A stretch of DNA of 35,222 nucleotides, taken from contig NMRA01000489.1 of NCBI GenBank assembly GCA_002633005.1, forward strand, positions 1 to 35,222. Reading direction: 5' to 3'. The notes below the pieces were generated by a model. The model worked only from the letters and a program-made list of their open reading frames with translations. It made no database searches and was not told the origin of the DNA. Source of the stretch: Phoronis australis (lineage: Eukaryota > Animalia > Phoronida). Positions 33,368 through 35,222 of this stretch are shown one piece after another. Position 1 is the first letter of the stretch. Every line of letters starts with the position of its first letter. A program made the translations under genes and the position numbers.

Positions 33368-33668
33368 GTAAGGATTGCCTGTTGTCCTGTGGGAGGTACT
33401 AGTAGAGGTATAGATTACCCATGCATGTTGTTCACTAACGGCTACTGGTAGAGGTAAACATTACCTATGCATGTTGTAAACATTACCTATGCATGTTGTT
33501 CTCTGGCAAATACTGGTAGAGGTAAAGATTACCTTTGCATATTGTCCTCGGGCAACTACTGGTAGAGGTAAAAATTACCTGGTATGCATCTTGTTCTGTG
33601 GCAGCTACTAGTAGAGGTAAAGATTACCTATGCATGTTGTCCTCTGGCAGCTATTAGCAGAGGTAAAA
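33366..33668. repeat. ~46-bp minisatellite beginning at the exon splice donor, 6-7 copies
   Basis: Consensus AGGTAAAGATTACCTATGCATGTTGTCCTCTGGCAGCTACTGGTAG. Confidence 0.92.
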
Positions 33669-33919
33669 CTTCTTTAATTTAGATATGCTTGTGGCAGAAA
33701 GTGGAATTTTATTTATTGTTAGACCCAAGTTTAGCAAATAAAATGAATAAAATTCATTGAATGTGATGCACTATAACTAATCATGATCTTTGATTCAAGT
33801 ACAAATATTTTCCAAACTATGTGTCCTGGCATTCTCTAAGCACAATAATTGTGGAAATATTAATTGGTGTCCCCAAAAACAGGTGGTCATAAAAAAGCCC
33901 GTTGGCAAAAGTCATTTTG

Positions 33920-34500
33920 TTTTATATGCATCCACGTATACCTATCTGAGTGCATATTGCCATTGTTGCTGTTTGGGTGTCCGGCATGCGCCGCTGTACC
34001 TCCTAATCCATAACCGTCGTTTTTGGAGACTGAGGCCTTTACATGTTGGGCGCCACCTAGTTGTCAAACGACTCTAGTGGCCTCTTTATTTGTCAGACGA
34101 CTAAAACGATTACTATTCAAACTGTTGCTTATGTTGCTGCCATGAAGACCATAGTTGACATTGATTTTCAGACGAGTTTGACTTGTGTGCCCTCCTAATG
34201 ACAATTTTGTTGTATTTGCATCTGCCACTATGTCTCCTTATAACCATTTACACGATCTTAATGAACTTTGTCTAGTTATTTTCCATCAACATGACTGTAG
34301 AGCACTACAACGTTACAGCGGGTCTTACAACTGTGCCACCTTAGTGGCCATTTTATTTTTTTACCTTTGCCTCAGTATGTTAAGAGTTTCTGGACAGATT
34401 TTCGTGATGTTTGGCAAATCATGTCGGTCAAGGTCTGAACTCCTGTGTCCGCAAGTTGGATCAGTTTACTACCGACGGCCCCGTTACAAGTACACAGTGG
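33920..34500 (+). mobile_element. Older decayed copy of the Helentron-like family
   Basis: Degenerate head TTTATATGCATCCACGTATA..GTGCATATTGCC and unit motifs GCGCCACCTAGTTG (34050) and GTGCCACCTTAGTGGCC (34333). Confidence 0.5.
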
Positions 34501-34807
34501 TGTCTCAGATGTGTTTACGTTGCAGCTTCATGTTTGATTTGCAGCGGTGATAAGCCTTCTGCTGTCTTTGAGTGGAATGTGCCTGAACATTTGGTTATTT
34601 CAACTCTTGCATTTTTGTCATTTAATGATGAACATTAGCTATAAATTACCTTGCATTAACTATAACAGAATGTTTTTTTGTTGAAATTGACTTACATTTG
34701 CCAAAGATACGCCTTCATGCTGATATTAAAGCAAGGTGCACATTCTCGCGGAAATTGTATTAACGGGCACTTAGTAAATACAGTTTTTTATCTGTTTCGT
34801 TTGGCAG

Positions 34808-34857
34808 GAAATACTTTGGGAAAAGATTTAGGAGCGTGTGTACGTGCTATTAATGAC
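34808..34857 (+). CDS. Candidate next TNFR exon (death-domain continuation)
   Basis: tttggcag|GA acceptor in phase 1 gives GNTLGKDLGACVRAIND. The donor gtacac is weak. Confidence 0.45.
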
Positions 34858-35111
34858 GTACACTTTTTTAAAATTGTAACATTCTATTTTAATGAACTGT
34901 TCAATATTTATGAAATTTGAAAGTACATTCTTTTGAAATTAACATTTATTTGTAACGACTGATACACCATACATTGGCATTGGTGGGCTTTACGAAAGAT
35001 TTTTAATATTGTCACATCAAAAATTTGTTATGGGATTCCTGAAAGTGGAAGAAATAAAATTATGAAATCAAACTACAATGTATCAAGAAACATAGGTAGC
35101 AGTATGTGCCC

Positions 35112-35222
35112 GGCACATTTCACACTGTAGGCACATTTCACACTTTGGGCACATTTCACACTCTCTGGGCACATTTCACATTCTGGGCACATTTCACACT
35201 CTCTGGGCACATTTCACACTCT
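35112..35222. repeat. 18-20-bp minisatellite GGGCACATTTCACACTCTCT, at least 6 copies, runs off the window
   Basis: Direct reading of tandem units. Confidence 0.95.

Overview
This is eukaryotic, animal-like (probably invertebrate) genomic DNA from a fragmented draft assembly, with single-N joins at 1649, 3585, 8534, 12453 and 13642 and a 15-N gap at 14295-14309. Most short ORFs in the supplied track are spurious. The left ~22 kb is mostly decayed transposons: a THAP-domain fragment overlapping an antisense YQFEP-type exon (Kolobok-like), an LTR-like segment, a truncated Ty3/Gypsy pol, a decayed multi-exon Mutator/MULE transposase of the CARF-related type that seems to carry several N-terminal modules, a second MULE-like remnant, a near-complete disabled Mag-type Ty3/Gypsy element (153-bp LTRs, PBS resembling elongator tRNA-Met) and several MITEs. 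The right ~13 kb holds a spliced + strand gene for a TNF-receptor-superfamily protein (4 cysteine-rich domains, Thr stalk, transmembrane helix, cytoplasmic exons, start of a probable death domain) that runs off the window. Its introns contain minisatellites, a Harbinger-type MITE and nested non-autonomous Helentron-like elements with co-oriented CTCF-consensus motifs. All family assignments come from motif recognition by eye; no database searches were run.
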